From Collinsella sp. (GTDB lineage: Bacteria > Actinomycetota > Coriobacteriia > Coriobacteriales > Coriobacteriaceae): DNA of 64,000 bases. Position 1 is the stretch's first letter, and every line of letters starts with the position of its first letter. The position numbers and the translations under genes are program-made. The notes beneath the pieces are model-generated. The model was not told the DNA's origin. It was given only the letters and a program-made list of their open reading frames with translations, and did no database searches. Shown here piece by piece: positions 54,927 through 63,995 of the stretch. The stretch covers positions 1,194 through 65,193 of the forward strand of contig DBEYWP010000003.1 in assembly GCA_048183675.1 (NCBI GenBank), read 5' to 3'.

Positions 54927-57227
54927 ATGTTCGCTGCCGCCATCTCGCTCGTCGGCCTTGCGGCGACCGTCTACCTTGTTTTGCGCGAGGCCAAGGCCAT
55001 TCGCGCTCAGTCGGGCACCGTCACCAAGGGCGCCTTCGCCTGGAGCGTCGCCTTCGGCCTGTTCCAGCTCTTTTTGACCGTCTGGGGCGCTATTGGCCTC
55101 GTCGCGCAAAACGAGCCGCTCGCCTTTGTGATGCTCATCCTGACCAACGCCATCCTCACCGGGTGCGCCTGGGCCAGCATCGCCCGCGACCGCATCGCCC
55201 CACGCGTCTTTGCGTTCGCTGCTACCGATGCCCCCACTCCCACCGGCAAGCTCGCCCGCCTGCGCGGCGCCTTTGTGGGCAAACCGCTCGTCGCCGCCGT
55301 CCTGTGCCTGCTGCTCGCCGGCGTCTTTGCGCTGCTGGGCATGGAGGTCTCGTCCAACCACGACTTTACCTGGGTCTACCCCCTGTGCATCCTGCTCGAG
55401 TGGGCCATCATCACCACGCTCATGGTCGGCCTGTTCTTCCTGTTCCAGCGCCACGGCGCAGCTCCCGCGGTCCTGGCCTTTGCCCTCTTTGTCCTGGGCA
55501 TTGCCGAGTTCTTCGTCATCACGTTTAAATCCATGCCCATCCAGCCGGGCGACCTTTCGGCCATCTCCACCGCCGCTGCGGTCGCCGGCACCGGCTACAC
55601 CTTCTCGATCTCGCTGTTCTGTGTGCTGTCCATGGGCTTTACCGCCATCGCCATGCTGCTATGCGAGTACGCCGGCCTGGTGGCACCGCACCGTCAGAAG
55701 GGCGCCGCCAACGCCAAGCGCATGCTGCTCACCAACCTGCTCGTGGCAGTGCTGTGCCTGGGCGGCGTGACCGCACACGTCACGCTCATCGACTACTACA
55801 ACACCCTCGGCATCACCGTCTACACCTGGCGCCCGCTCGAGAGCTACTGGCGCGAGGGCTACCTGCCCGCTTTCATTAGCGCAGCGCAGTCCATCAAGCC
55901 GCCCAAACCCGCCGACTACTCCGTCGACGATGCCAAAGCCACGCTCAAAAAGTACGCCAAGGCCTACGACAAGTCCGACGCTGCCAAGAGTGACGAGCGC
56001 ACCGCCGCAAAGGAGCAGTTCGACAGCGAGAAGCCCACGGTCATCGCCATCATGAACGAGACCTTCTCGGATCTGTCGATCTACCAGAACATGCGCGCCG
56101 GCTACGAAGGCCCGCAGTACTTTAAGAACCTGTCCAACTGCCTCAGCCGCGGCAAGCTCTACGTGAGCGCCTACGGCGGCGGCACCGCCAATACCGAGTT
56201 TGAGTTTATGACCGGCAACTCCATGGCCAACCTGGGCTCGGGCGTGTACCCCTACACCATCTACAACATGGAAACGACCGGGAATCTGGCAGAGCAGTTC
56301 AAGTCGCTCGGCTATTCCACCACCGCCATGCACCCCAACCACGCGACCAACTGGAACCGCGAGAACGTGTACAAGGACTTTGGCTTTGACCAGTTCCTGT
56401 CCATCAACGACTTCCAGGGAGCCGACACCCTGCGCGGTATGGTGACCGACCAGGCGACCTACGACAAGATTCTTGAGCTGCTCGACCAGAACGCCGATCC
56501 GCAGTTTATCTTCGACGTGACCATGCAGAACCACTCGGGCTACGACACGGGCCTGCTGCCGGCCGACAAGCAAATGCACCTGAACATCGACACGACCGAC
56601 CTGGACACCAAGACCGTCGAGGACGGCACACTGTCCGATGTCGACGAGTACGTCTCGTGCATCGAGCAGTCCGACCAGGCGCTGCGCTACTTCCTCAACG
56701 CCTTGAGCAAGCTCGACCGCAAGGTGGTCGTGGTGTTCTGGGGCGATCACCAGCCGTTCTTCCCGTCCAAGTTCAACGACAAGTGGTTTACCGGCGAGGA
56801 CGACGCCACGCACCAGGAACGTCTGTGGCAGACCGATTACATCATCTGGGCCAACTACGACGTTGCCGGCTGCGACCAGACGAGCGAGACCGACGACCTG
56901 TCCACCAACTACCTGTCCACGCAGCTTATGCAGCTGATCGGCGCCCCGCTGACCGACTACCAGAAGGCGCACATGACGCTGCGCGAGTCGCTGCCCGCCA
57001 TCAACTCGGTGGGCTACGAGGACGCCAGCCTGCGTTGGGCGCTCTCCTCCAACGTCACCGGCGACGACGCCGCCGCAGCAGCCGCCACCAAGGCGCGCGA
57101 GGATTACGCCAAGATGCAGTACTACGAGATGTTCCGCGACGGCAAGAACGTGTACACCGAGCACTTCCAGACCGAGGCCAACGAGACCGATCCCAACCTG
57201 GCGCCGGGCACGACCAAGATCAAGTAG
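54927..57227 (+). CDS. LTA-synthase/sulfatase family membrane protein (phosphoglycerol-transferase-like)
   Basis: An N-terminal block of about 8 TM segments is followed by an extracellular alkaline-phosphatase-superfamily domain (MNETFSDLS...GTANTEFEFMTGNS...HPN...GDHQP). Start at the ATG at 54927, with GAGGAG upstream. Confidence 0.85.
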   Translation: MFAAAISLVGLAATVYLVLREAKAIRAQSGTVTKGAFAWSVAFGLFQLFLTVWGAIGLVAQNEPLAFVMLILTNAILTGCAWASIARDRIAPRVFAFAATDAPTPTGKLARLRGAFVGKPLVAAVLCLLLAGVFALLGMEVSSNHDFTWVYPLCILLEWAIITTLMVGLFFLFQRHGAAPAVLAFALFVLGIAEFFVITFKSMPIQPGDLSAISTAAAVAGTGYTFSISLFCVLSMGFTAIAMLLCEYAGLVAPHRQKGAANAKRMLLTNLLVAVLCLGGVTAHVTLIDYYNTLGITVYTWRPLESYWREGYLPAFISAAQSIKPPKPADYSVDDAKATLKKYAKAYDKSDAAKSDERTAAKEQFDSEKPTVIAIMNETFSDLSIYQNMRAGYEGPQYFKNLSNCLSRGKLYVSAYGGGTANTEFEFMTGNSMANLGSGVYPYTIYNMETTGNLAEQFKSLGYSTTAMHPNHATNWNRENVYKDFGFDQFLSINDFQGADTLRGMVTDQATYDKILELLDQNADPQFIFDVTMQNHSGYDTGLLPADKQMHLNIDTTDLDTKTVEDGTLSDVDEYVSCIEQSDQALRYFLNALSKLDRKVVVVFWGDHQPFFPSKFNDKWFTGEDDATHQERLWQTDYIIWANYDVAGCDQTSETDDLSTNYLSTQLMQLIGAPLTDYQKAHMTLRESLPAINSVGYEDASLRWALSSNVTGDDAAAAAATKAREDYAKMQYYEMFRDGKNVYTEHFQTEANETDPNLAPGTTKIK

Positions 57228-57254
57228 CGACTAGCTGCGAGTTCATAACTGAAA

Positions 57255-57384
57255 CGTCTGTCCGGGCGGAGGCATATAAGGTTCCCTGCTCGGACAGTCC
57301 TGCGCAAGACGGAGGCCACATTAAGTGGCCTCCTTTGCGTGCGGAACTCGCGATGAACCTTATATGCCTCCGCCCGGACAGACG
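57255..57384. mobile_element. MITE-like element: 29-bp perfect terminal inverted repeats around a 72-nt core
   Basis: cgtctgtccgggcggaggcatataaggtt (57255..57283) pairs with aaccttatatgcctccgcccggacagacg (57356..57384). The core holds a 9-bp hairpin ggaggccac-atta-agtggcctcc. No coding capacity and no obvious target-site duplication. Confidence 0.4.
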
Positions 57385-57437
57385 CCCTGTTGTTGGAGCG
57401 CGGCTTGTCATGGGGATACCCGCAGCATATACAAGTT

Positions 57438-57464
57438 AAAGGCCACGTCATGTGGCCTTTTTTG
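57438..57464 (+). terminator. intrinsic terminator
   Basis: aaaggccac-gtcat-gtggccttt followed by tttg. Confidence 0.7.
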
Positions 57465-57467
57465 AAT

Positions 57468-57674
57468 CCGGAAACCGTGTCCCAGAATTCACGTCCGGAG
57501 TGGGATGCAGTTTCCGCTTACGGCCCCGTTGGGAAACTCCATCCCACTCCGATCGCAAATTCCGGGTCGCATTTTCCACCAGATCCCTCAATCGGAAATT
57601 GCATCCCACTCCAAAGGCAAATTCTGGGACGCACTTTCCGAAACCCCATCCATCAGGAAAGCCCTTCCCACTCT
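57468..57674. repeat. palindromic repeat family 2: second array, seven units in alternating orientation (period ~62 nt)
   Basis: The units are ccggaaaccgtgtcccagaatt, ggagtgggatgcagtttccg, tgggaaactccatcccactcc, aaattccgggtcgcattttcc, ggaaattgcatcccactcc, aaattctgggacgcactttccg and aggaaagcccttcccactct. Like the array at 31297, it starts with ccggaaaccgt a few nt after a terminator T-run. Confidence 0.75.
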
Positions 57675-57854
57675 GAATACATCCAGCGAACGTATGCGAG
57701 CGTGTTGTCCAGAACGGCCTCGTCATCGAGGTGATGGAAAATGTCACCCCAAACGCTTGCCACGGTTGCGTCCACAAGTGTCAAGAAAAAAGCCTCGAGA
57801 ATCTCGAGGCTTTCACGTTTGTACGATTGAACGCGCGGCACCGCGAGCGACGGT

Positions 57855-58412
57855 CTACTCGCCCAAAACGGCCTTCTTGGCGGCTGCGGCCATGTTGTCC
57901 AGGTCTTCCTTGGTGGGATGGTCCTTCGCGGCAACCCAGTTGTCGAGCAGCATCTTATAGCGAGCGTTGTCGGGATCTTGCTCGAGCATGGCCTCGTAGC
58001 GCTGCTTGACCGCGGGGCCCATCTTGCCCTGGCACATCGCCCAGCCCGCAAGCTCGGCATCCCCAGCCAAATTGGAAGTCACGCGATCAATAATCTGCTG
58101 GTAATAGCTCTGGTCGGCGCCAAAACCGCAGGTGCCAAACAGGAAGACGCGCTTGCCGTGCAAGGCGGAGAGCAACGCCGCGACCGAAGGCGTGCACGCG
58201 CCCTTGTCGCACCAAAAACCGACGAGCACCGTGTCGGCCGTGCAGGCGCCCTGCGCCTCGAGCGCAACCTGATCTGCATCCGCATCATCGCTCAACGCCG
58301 CGGCATGGACAAACTCAACACCCGCAGCCTGCAGAGCGCGCTTGATCGCGCCCGAAACCATCCTAGTATTACCGCTCTTGCTGTTAACCACCAAAGAGCA
58401 CGTCATAGTCAC
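57855..58412 (-). CDS. flavodoxin-like fold protein
   Basis: The N-terminal LVVNSKSGNTRMV (flavodoxin phosphate loop) is present. Length 185 aa. Start at the GTG at 58412 or the ATG at 58406. Confidence 0.65.
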   Translation of the reverse strand: MTMTCSLVVNSKSGNTRMVSGAIKRALQAAGVEFVHAAALSDDADADQVALEAQGACTADTVLVGFWCDKGACTPSVAALLSALHGKRVFLFGTCGFGADQSYYQQIIDRVTSNLAGDAELAGWAMCQGKMGPAVKQRYEAMLEQDPDNARYKMLLDNWVAAKDHPTKEDLDNMAAAAKKAVLGE

Positions 58413-58517
58413 GTTGCCTCGTTTCCCCCAAAACTAAAGCCACTAATGCAATTTATTAGATGAATATCTTAGTACTAACGACGCAGATGTAAACCATCTG
58501 CCGCCAATCGGTGGCCC

Positions 58518-60377
58518 CTACTGGGCAAACTGGCTGCGGTAGAGTTCGGCGTAGAAGCCGCCTGTCGCTAGCAGCTTGTCGTGTGTACCGCGCTCGATAA
58601 TCTGGCCGTCGCGCATCACCAGGATGCAGTCGGCGTTGCGAATCGTGCTCAGGCGATGCGCCACGACAAAGCTTGTGCGACCTGCTATGAGCTCGTCGAA
58701 TGCCACTTGCACCTGTAGCTCGGTGCGCGTATCGATGCTCGAGGTCGCCTCGTCCAGCAGCAGAATCGCCGGGTCGGTGAGCATGACGCGCGCGATGCAC
58801 AGCAGCTGTTTTTGACCCTGGCTAAACGTGCCACCGTCCTCGCCGATGACCGTATCGTAGCCGCTTGGCAACTGCACGATAAACTTGTGCGCGTGCGCGC
58901 GCTTGGCGGCTTCGACAACCTGCTCGCGCGTAGCTCCTGGGCAACCGTAAGAGATGTTGTCCGCCACCGTGCCCTCGAACAGCCAAGTGTCCTGCAGCAC
59001 TATGCCAAAGGCGCGGCGCAGGCTTGCGCGCGTGTAGTCACGCGAGGAACGGCCATCGACCGCAATGCGACCGGCATCGATATCGTAAAAACGCAGTAGC
59101 AAATTGATGAGCGTCGTCTTGCCACAGCCCGTAGGACCGACCAGGGCAAAGCGCATGCCGGGCTTAGCCTCGATGCAGATGTCCTGCAGCAGCCTGCGGT
59201 CGGGCACGTAGCTAAAGTCCACATGCTCAAGGGCGACCTCGCCCTGCGGTGCGGCAAGTTCCACGGCATCTGGCGCATCGGGCTCCTGCTCGCGCGCATC
59301 GAGCAGCGCAAACATACGGCGCGCCGAGGCATACGCCGTCTGGATCTGCGTAATGACGTTGGTGATCTCGTTGAACGGCTTGGTGTACTGGTTAGCATAG
59401 GACAGGAAAATCTGCACGCCGCCCACCGTAAGCGTCGCCGGCACGCCCGTGATCACGCCCACGCAGCCGATCACAGCGACCACGGCATAGATGATGTTAT
59501 TGATAAAGCGTGTGCCGGGGTTGGAGAGCGAACCCATAAACTGCGCGCGCTCGCCCGCGGTGTAGAGCTCGGCATTGAGGGCATCGAAGCGCTGCTGAGC
59601 GTTGGGGCCATAGGAAAAGGCGTCGACAAGCTTTTGCTCGCCTACGTACTCCTCGATATGACCGCCGAGCTGCCCTTGAATACGCTGCTGCGTCGTAAAG
59701 CTTTTGTTGGAAAGCTTGGCAATAGCACCGGCTGCAAAAATGGAAAGCGGCGTGACGAGTACCACCACAAGCGTCATGGTCAGGTTAATGGAGAGCATAA
59801 ACGCGAGCGTGCCCACGATGGTGATAACGCCGGTGAAGAGCTGCGTGAAGCCCTGCAGCAGACCGTCGCCCACCTGGTCGACGTCGTTGACCACACGGCT
59901 CATAAGGTCGCCGTGAGCATGGCTGTCGATAAAGCTGAGCGGCATACGGCTGAGCTTATCGCTCGCCTCCACGCGCATGTCGCGCACCGTTTCGTAGGAC
60001 AGGCGGTTAACGCAATAGCCCTGTAGCCACTGGAAGGCCGCGGCCCCCACCACGACGAGCGCGAGTTTGGTAACAAGCGGCAGCAGCGCGTCGAAGTCCA
60101 CCTGCCCGGCGGCGACGATAAGGTCGATGCCCTCGCCGATGAGAATGGGCGTATAGAGTTGCAAAATCACCGAGACGGCGGCACTCACAAACGACGCTAC
60201 AAACGAAATGCGATGCGGGCGAACATAGCCCAGCAGGCGGCGGGTCACCGCACCCACGGGATAGCGCTCGGGATCGCCGGGCTGGCGCGGACCGTCGCCC
60301 AGGTCGTTGAGGTTATCGTTACCGGACACGTTGGCCGTCATCGTGGCGACCGAACCGGAGGAAGTGTACGGATTCAT
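58518..60377 (-). CDS. ABC exporter, fused permease/ATPase
   Basis: Walker A GPTGCGKTT, signature FSQGQKQLLCIARV and Walker B LLLDEATSSID. The start abuts the upstream stop. Confidence 0.9.
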   Translation of the reverse strand: MNPYTSSGSVATMTANVSGNDNLNDLGDGPRQPGDPERYPVGAVTRRLLGYVRPHRISFVASFVSAAVSVILQLYTPILIGEGIDLIVAAGQVDFDALLPLVTKLALVVVGAAAFQWLQGYCVNRLSYETVRDMRVEASDKLSRMPLSFIDSHAHGDLMSRVVNDVDQVGDGLLQGFTQLFTGVITIVGTLAFMLSINLTMTLVVVLVTPLSIFAAGAIAKLSNKSFTTQQRIQGQLGGHIEEYVGEQKLVDAFSYGPNAQQRFDALNAELYTAGERAQFMGSLSNPGTRFINNIIYAVVAVIGCVGVITGVPATLTVGGVQIFLSYANQYTKPFNEITNVITQIQTAYASARRMFALLDAREQEPDAPDAVELAAPQGEVALEHVDFSYVPDRRLLQDICIEAKPGMRFALVGPTGCGKTTLINLLLRFYDIDAGRIAVDGRSSRDYTRASLRRAFGIVLQDTWLFEGTVADNISYGCPGATREQVVEAAKRAHAHKFIVQLPSGYDTVIGEDGGTFSQGQKQLLCIARVMLTDPAILLLDEATSSIDTRTELQVQVAFDELIAGRTSFVVAHRLSTIRNADCILVMRDGQIIERGTHDKLLATGGFYAELYRSQFAQ

Positions 60378-62234
60378 TTAGCAGCCCTCCTTTGCGCAGA
60401 CAGATGCGGGGACGGTCGGAGCGGACGCGGGCGTCGTGCTCCCCTGCTGGCCCTCGAGTTCCTCGCGGCGCAGCTGCGACTGGCAAATCTCGCGATAGAG
60501 CTGGCAGGTCGTGTACAGCTCGTCATGCGTGCCCAGGCCCGCAACCGAGCCGTGGTCGAGTACGCAGATCATGTCGGCGTCGCGCACGGTCGAGACGCGC
60601 TGGCTCACAATGACGGTCGTGAGCGGCAGCCCGCCCTCGACGGCACCGCGCACGCTGCGCTCGCGAATGGCATGGCGAAGCGCCGCGTCGGTCTTAAAGT
60701 CGAGCGCCGACGCGGAGTCGTCCATGATCAGAACCTGCGGCGAGCCCACCAGGGCACGCGCGATGGTCAGGCGCTGGCGTTGGCCACCGCTGAAGTTCTT
60801 ACCGCCCGCCTCGACCGGGGCATCGAGCCCCTGCGGCTTGTTGCGCACGAACTCGCTCGCTTGCGCCATATCGAGCGCTGCCCAGAGCTCCTCGTCGGTC
60901 GCCGACTCGTCACGCCAGGTCAGGTTGCTGCGGATTGTGCCGCTCACCAGCGATGCGCGCTGCGGAACGGTCGCGACCACATGGCGCAGCTGATCGAGCG
61001 GCCAGGTGCGCACGTCGGCGCCCATCACGCTCACGCTGCCGGTGCTCGCATCGTACAGGCGCGGGATGAGCGAGACGAGCGTGGACTTGCCGCTGCCCGT
61101 GCCGCCGATAATGCCGAGCGTTTTGCCCAGCGGCAGCTCCAGGGTCACATCGCTCACGGCATTTGCCGCGCCGGCGCCAAACGAGAAGCTCGCATGGTCA
61201 AAGCTCAGCGCAGGGACCGGAACAGCGCCACCCGTCAGGTCGCTCGGCTCAGACAGCGCGACCGGCTGGTTGCCCTCGTCAGCGATGCTCGGCACGCAAT
61301 TGAGCACCTCGTTGATACGCGACGCGCTGGCGCTCGCCTTGGTAAAGACCACGACCAGGTTGGCGACGTACACGATGGAGGTGAGCGTCTGCGTCATGTA
61401 GTTCACAAACGCCATGACCTGACCCTGCGTGAGCTCGCCCACGTTGACCTGGATGCCGCCCACCCACAGGATGGCGCACACGCCCAGGTTCATCACAAGA
61501 AACGTGACGGGATTAAGGATCGACGAGAGCTTGCCCACCGCGATGGCAGTATTGGCCTGGTCATCGGCGGCTTGGGCAAAACGCTCGCGCTCGTGGTCCT
61601 CACGCACAAAGGCGCGAACAACGCGGGCGCCCGAAAGCCCCTCGCGGCAGATAAGCGCGATGCGGTCGAGCTTTGCCTGCAGCTGCCTGTAATACGGGAT
61701 ACAGCGCGCCATGACAAACCAAAACACCAGGCCGATAGCGGGCGTGCAGATCAAGAAGATCATGCCGAGCTTAAGGTCGATGGCAAGGGCCGCGCACATA
61801 GAGCCCACCGCCAAGAAGGGCCAGCGGATGAGCATGCGTACGCCCAGCGCCACAGCGAGCTGCACCTGGTTGACGTCGTTGGTGATGCGGGTGATAAGCG
61901 ACGGCGTGCCAAAGCGGTCGAGTTCGGCATAGCTCAACTTGTTGATGTGCTGGTAGAGCGCACCGCGGATATCGGTGCCCATGCCCTGCGAGGTGAGCGC
62001 CGCCATCTTTTGGCAGACGAGCGTAAACGAGATGCCGATCACAGCCATGGCGCCAAGCAGCATACCGTAGTGGACGACGGCGTTGACATCGTGTGCGCCA
62101 ATACCCTTATCGATCATCTGGGCAATCACCAGCGGCGTCAGCAGGTCAAAGATCACTTCGATCAGCTTACACGCAGGGCCAATCACCATATACCGGCGAA
62201 ACTTACCACCAAAACGCCTGAGCAGCTCAATCAT
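60378..62234 (-). CDS. ABC exporter, fused permease/ATPase (partner)
   Basis: Walker A GGTGSGKST, signature FSGGQRQRLTIARAL and Walker B LIMDDSASALD. Start at MIELL (ATG at 62234), with GGGAG upstream. Confidence 0.9.
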   Translation of the reverse strand: MIELLRRFGGKFRRYMVIGPACKLIEVIFDLLTPLVIAQMIDKGIGAHDVNAVVHYGMLLGAMAVIGISFTLVCQKMAALTSQGMGTDIRGALYQHINKLSYAELDRFGTPSLITRITNDVNQVQLAVALGVRMLIRWPFLAVGSMCAALAIDLKLGMIFLICTPAIGLVFWFVMARCIPYYRQLQAKLDRIALICREGLSGARVVRAFVREDHERERFAQAADDQANTAIAVGKLSSILNPVTFLVMNLGVCAILWVGGIQVNVGELTQGQVMAFVNYMTQTLTSIVYVANLVVVFTKASASASRINEVLNCVPSIADEGNQPVALSEPSDLTGGAVPVPALSFDHASFSFGAGAANAVSDVTLELPLGKTLGIIGGTGSGKSTLVSLIPRLYDASTGSVSVMGADVRTWPLDQLRHVVATVPQRASLVSGTIRSNLTWRDESATDEELWAALDMAQASEFVRNKPQGLDAPVEAGGKNFSGGQRQRLTIARALVGSPQVLIMDDSASALDFKTDAALRHAIRERSVRGAVEGGLPLTTVIVSQRVSTVRDADMICVLDHGSVAGLGTHDELYTTCQLYREICQSQLRREELEGQQGSTTPASAPTVPASVCAKEGC

Positions 62235-62322
62235 GTATAGGCGCTCCCTATCATCATCCACATTCAATTCGAACCATGATAGTACCGCCACCCCAAAAGA
62301 AGCGTAAACAACTCGTCATTTC

Positions 62323-62340
62323 TAATGGGATTCGGTTTCC
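62323..62340. repeat. possible solitary degenerate unit of repeat family 2
   Basis: taatgggattcggtttcc compared with the consensus aaatgggatgccgtttcc. Confidence 0.3.
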
Positions 62341-62449
62341 AAAGAAGCGGAAAGGCACGCGCACACCCAGCCAGTGTCGGGTCGACCGCCTGATATACTT
62401 ACATTAGTGCTACCAAGTTAGTCACCGACCCTTGAAATGAGGTGCCGAG

Positions 62450-63463
62450 ATGAACGACATTCTCGCAAGAAGAGCAAGACGAGCAACTGTGGGCATCGCC
62501 CTTTCCGCGGCACTTGTCGCGGGAATCGCCCCCGTAGCGGCGATCGCGGCAGAAACCAGCTCCCCCACCGGTGCAGTTGCCTTGCAGACGGAAGATGCGG
62601 CCGCCGCAAAAGAAAAAGCGTATGCAGCCATGCAGGAAGCGCTCAAAAACCTCGAGGCCGCAAAAGACGCCGCAAGTCCCGAGAAACTTGCGGAAATCGA
62701 TGATGACATTGCCGCTTTTCAAGAGATCTACGACATGGTGGTGACGGAAGCCGCCAAACGGAGGGAACCCCTTCCCGCCATGCAAGCGAACGTCGATGCA
62801 GCCCAAGCCAAATACGATGAGGCCCACAACCGGACAAGCGGCCTTCAGGCAGAATTAGATAAGGCACTTGAAGCACTCGGCGACGAGGAGCCCAGCACAG
62901 CTATTAAGGAGCATATTAAGCAGTTGCGCATGGAGATCATGACGGCACAAAGGCGAGAAGAATCTTGTGAAGATGATCTTCACCGCTACCAACGCCGGCT
63001 CGAAAGCCAGGAAAAACAGGTTCAGTATTTCGAAAGTAAGGCAAAGGAAGCTAAAGCCCACATCGACGAGGACATAGCCAAGCGAAATGCGCTCCTTAGC
63101 GATTTGGAAAAGGCGCAAGCGGCCTATGACGACGCCTGCAAGGCATACGAAGAGGCGAAAGCCGCGGCAGACAAGGCCGCCTCACCCGAGATAACGCAAG
63201 CGACCGAGACGACGCCTCCCTCCAACTCAGCGCAACCGGCCGAGACGGCACAGCCCGCCAGCTCGCCCGCGACCGGCAAAAATACCCCGCCAAGCTCCAC
63301 CAAGCAGGCGAACTCGAGCAGCGGCAAGCAAGCAGATACGACCGCCGGCAAGCTCGCGAACACGGGCGACACAGCACCGAGCGCAATAGCACTCGCAGGA
63401 ATCGCCGCCATGGGGCTCGGAATAACCGCCACAGCCACACGCCGCATCAGGAACTCAAAATAG
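62450..63463 (+). CDS. coiled-coil cell-wall-anchored surface protein (LANTG sorting signal)
   Basis: Signal peptide MNDILARRARRATVGIALSAALVAGIAPVAAIAAE, a long heptad-like A/E/K-rich region, a P/S/T-rich stalk, and LANTG followed by a hydrophobic helix and RRIRNSK. Confidence 0.8.
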   Translation: MNDILARRARRATVGIALSAALVAGIAPVAAIAAETSSPTGAVALQTEDAAAAKEKAYAAMQEALKNLEAAKDAASPEKLAEIDDDIAAFQEIYDMVVTEAAKRREPLPAMQANVDAAQAKYDEAHNRTSGLQAELDKALEALGDEEPSTAIKEHIKQLRMEIMTAQRREESCEDDLHRYQRRLESQEKQVQYFESKAKEAKAHIDEDIAKRNALLSDLEKAQAAYDDACKAYEEAKAAADKAASPEITQATETTPPSNSAQPAETAQPASSPATGKNTPPSSTKQANSSSGKQADTTAGKLANTGDTAPSAIALAGIAAMGLGITATATRRIRNSK

Positions 63464-63506
63464 CCGCCAACGGCTATTGGCTCCGCCAATCCACAAGTCC
63501 AGAGAC

Positions 63507-63549
63507 AAAATGAGGTCCGTTTCCCCAACCCAGGGAAACGGGCCTCTTT
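63507..63549. repeat. single hairpin module of repeat family 2, acting as a probable 3-prime hairpin of the surface-protein gene
   Basis: aaaatgaggtccgtttcccc-aaccc-agggaaacgggcctcttt. The left arm matches aaaatgggatgccgtttccc at about 16 of 20 positions. Confidence 0.6.
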
Positions 63550-63956
63550 AACTGCAAAAATTCAAGCAACAGCACCGCCGCCTCTTGAACCACGTAGCCA
63601 TCAATGCCCAGACAACGCCAGCAAGCCGCATTCCGCAAGGGATAGATTAAATTAGATAAACGCGCCTTTACGGGTGATTTTTGGACGACGGGGCCCGGCC
63701 GGCGGCGAGGTGTTTGGTAGTCGAGCGATCCCGCAGGCAAAGCCGAGGACCAGCGAGACACCAAACAGCCCGCCGGCACCGGGACCGCATCGCGGCACCA
63801 AAAAAGCGCCCGTGCGCTCGATGGATTCGGATGCCCGACAGAGGCTCCTTATGGCTGCTTCCTTCCGGACCTGACCAGATTCGGAACATGTCGTCATCCG
63901 AACCCATCGAACGCGCTAGGCGCTCGGTATATCTTACCTGCTCCCGCCCGCCAGAG

Positions 63957-63995
63957 CAAGGTAGCTAATTTGGGACGGAGCTTTTTTGACTACTT
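63957..63995. repeat. second copy of the element at 32763..32800
   Basis: See 32763..32800. The element again overlaps a possible minus-strand stop (cta at 63990..63992) of a gene that would run off the window end. Confidence 0.4.

Noticed and set aside
27400-62234. The two heterodimeric ABC exporter pairs (27400..31126 and 58518..62234) as a noteworthy duplication
   Set aside because: Paired half-transporter exporters are very common in Gram-positive genomes. The two pairs are clearly diverged, and only the first has a linked MarR. Nothing unusual is visible from the sequence alone.
63474-63968. Several 66-101 aa ORFs on both strands in the final 500 bp
   Set aside because: They have no RBS, overlap one another, show R/P/G-rich composition and carry no recognisable motif. 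The region is treated as non-coding, and its content remains unexplained.
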